A stretch of 64,000 bases of DNA from the human T2T-CHM13v2.0 reference genome, Homo sapiens. Below, piece by piece: positions 59,700 to 64,000 of this stretch. Numbering within the stretch: the stretch's first letter is position 1; every line of letters starts with the position of its first letter. Location of the stretch: assembly GCF_009914755.1 (NCBI RefSeq), contig NC_060929.1. The stretch is one strand, 5' to 3'. The position numbers and the translations under genes are program-made. The notes under the pieces are model-generated. The model was given only the letters and a program-made list of their open reading frames with translations, had not been told where the DNA came from and made no database searches.

Positions 59700-61425
59700 A
59701 ACCTTTTCATTTTAGAATAGTTTTATACTTATATAAAAGATGTAAAGATAGGACAAAATATTCCTGTATATGCTAACTCAATTTCCTCTGGTGTTATCAT
59801 CTTACATTATTATGGTCCATTTGGCAATAATAACCCATATTGGCACATCATTAGTAACTAAACTCCATATTTTATTTGGATTTCATTAATTTTTCTCTAA
59901 CGCCCTTTATTTCTGTTCCAGAATCTCATTTAGGATACTACGTGGCATTTGGTCCTCATGTCTCCTTATCCTCCTCTGATCTGTGACAGTCTCTCAGACA
60001 GTTTCCTTGATTTTGATGATGTTGACAGTTTGGAAGGGTATTGGTCACATACTTTGTAGAATGTTCCTCAATTTGGGGTTTGTCTAATATTTTTATTGAC
60101 TATAGTTTTGGGTTTTTGAAAGGAAGACCACAAAAGTGAAATGCCATTCTCATCACATCATATTAATGTACATACCATCATCATAAGTTATCACTGATAA
60201 CATGAGCCTTGATTACCATGCTGAGGTAGTATTTGTAAGGTTTCTATACTGTAAAGTTACCATTTCCTCTTTTCATACTCTACACTTTGGAAGTAAGTCA
60301 CTAAGCATATCCTCCACTCAAGGGATGGAGAGTTAAGCTCCACCATCTTGGGGTGTGGTGTACATAGACAAATTATTTGAGGTTCTTTTCAGGAGATTTG
60401 TCTCTTTGCTTCATTTATTTATTCTTCAATTATTTATTTATGTAAGTGTGGACTCAGGCATATTTATTTTATAATTTGGGTTATAATCCAATAAAATATT
60501 ATCTACTCTTTTTGCTCAAATTGTTTTTCATCTTTTACCATTGTAAGCTCCATCAGTTGTCTCTTGTGTCACTTTGGCATATCCTCATCATTTTGTTTAG
60601 AGCACTTCCTTACTTTCTCACACAACAAGATGCATCAGGCTCATCTTGTACATTCCCTACCACAGCCCTGGAATCAGCCATTTCTCCAAGGAGCCCTGGT
60701 TTCTTTTATTGGAGGATAACTTTAGAAACCAAGATCTTAGGATTTGGTGAGCTCAATACTAATGTCATGTCACTGTTTCCAGGCCCTCTTAGAAGACAGA
60801 GCTAAGACATGTACAGGTACGTGCAAAGCAATGCACACATGCATATCTATAATTACTTCTTTTTTAATTTGTATCTATATTAAGCTAAAAATGAGTTCAT
60901 ACTAATCTCTCTGACTTTATTCCAGCACCATGTGGTTCATTCTAGTCTTATTCACTTACTTATCTGTAACTTCTCACTCCAGCAGTGAGAAACCTGGCTC
61001 CCACCATTATTATCCTGTTACATAGTTGATTATACATGTATGGCAGTTTCAGAATGGTTAACCTACAGCCCTTGAGAATGAAATTTTATCAACTACAGAA
61101 CAGTGTTCATATATATTTCCTTTTGTATTTAGCCTTAAGGTTTTCAGTCAAACTACAGGTCTCCAAAGTTAGTTAGGCCACAGCCTTTTTCCTTTCCTTC
61201 AATAAGGTTGAATAATACATGCGTAATGCCATTAGAGTCTTCTGGCACAGTCTGCATTCCAACTTGGGATCCCTGGTAAATTTTGTTTTTGTTTTTGTTT
61301 TTGTTTGTAAAGATTCAGGTGCATTCTTATGTGCTGCAAAGTTCTAAGGGTCTTCAGATATGCACAGTGGCATTTAGCCATCACAATATTACCAGTCCCA
61401 ATACCTTTAAAAAAATCCTGTGCTT
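59700..61425 (-). mobile_element. Long old L1MC (MC3/MC4-type) 3'UTR, antisense
   Basis: 'TTTTAGAATAGTTTTA.ACTTA', 'TTTGTAGAATGTTCCTCAATTTGGG', 'CAGCCCTGGAATCAGCCATTTCTCCAAGGAGCCCTGGTT'. Confidence 0.78.
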
Positions 61426-61573
61426 CCTAATTATAAAGAAAAAGTAAAATTTTTATCTGTTTACATTTTTAACACTCTTATTTTTTCCATTTATTATAAG
61501 CTCTTTATTTATAACTAAATCAAATTAAAAGCAATTTGTGCACACTCTTAAGAGCTTTTATTACTCCATTTTC

Positions 61574-63454
<1,881 letters not shown>

Positions 63455-64000
63455 TATTACTCAATTTTCATACAGCTATAAAGAAATCTCTGAGACTGAG
63501 TAATTTATTAAGAAAAAGAGGTTTAATGGACTCATAGTTCCATATGGCTGCAGAGGCCTCAAAATCATGGCAGAAGGTGAAGGTGAAGCAAAGGCACATC
63601 TTACATGACACCAGGCAAGACAGCATGTGCAGGGGACCTGCTCTTTATAAAACCATCAGAACTTGTGAGACTTATTCACTATCACAAGAACGTCATGGGA
63701 AAATCTGCCCCCATGATTCAGTTACCTTCTGCCAGGTCCCTCCCATGACACTTGGGGATTATGGGAGCTACAATTCAAAATAAGATTTGGGTGGTGACAC
63801 AGCCAAAGCATATTAGAGCTATAGATATAAAAATATCATTGATACTTCACTGAAGAAAAAATTAGAAAATATTCCAAAAAGAAAGCAAAGATACAATAAC
63901 AAGGGCATCCTATTCTCTTTTCCAACCTAACAAGAATGGAAAATGACTACAAGTGAAAATTGAGAGCTATCATCCCAATTTCCCATCTTTGTATCTTTGT

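Overview
Primate (human-like), AT-rich, repeat-dense non-coding DNA. No protein-coding gene is supported: the recognisable ORFs are decayed LINE-1/Alu reading frames and the rest look like chance ORFs. Much of the window is interspersed repeats, including a near full-length L1MA1/2, several truncated L1PA/L1PB/L1M copies, nine Alu/FLAM copies plus a stub, MaLR/ERVL/ERV1 solo LTRs, Tigger/hAT-derived MITEs and MIR/L2/L3 relics. The most gene-like part is about 56.5-58.5 kb, where + strand splice signals and a terminal AATAAA suggest a short spliced lncRNA. It lies at the end of an AP-1-motif-rich 10 kb and contains a C/D-box-snoRNA-like motif set. Several junctions record unusual insertion or repair events: a locally templated 200-bp insertion, an L1 with a fold-back of its flank, a tailless 5S rRNA retrocopy, an Alu+L1 composite within one TSD, and a THE1>L1>Alu nest. 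Repeat subfamily names come from recalled consensus features by eye, and boundaries of old repeats are approximate. I see no evidence of a new multi-gene system.
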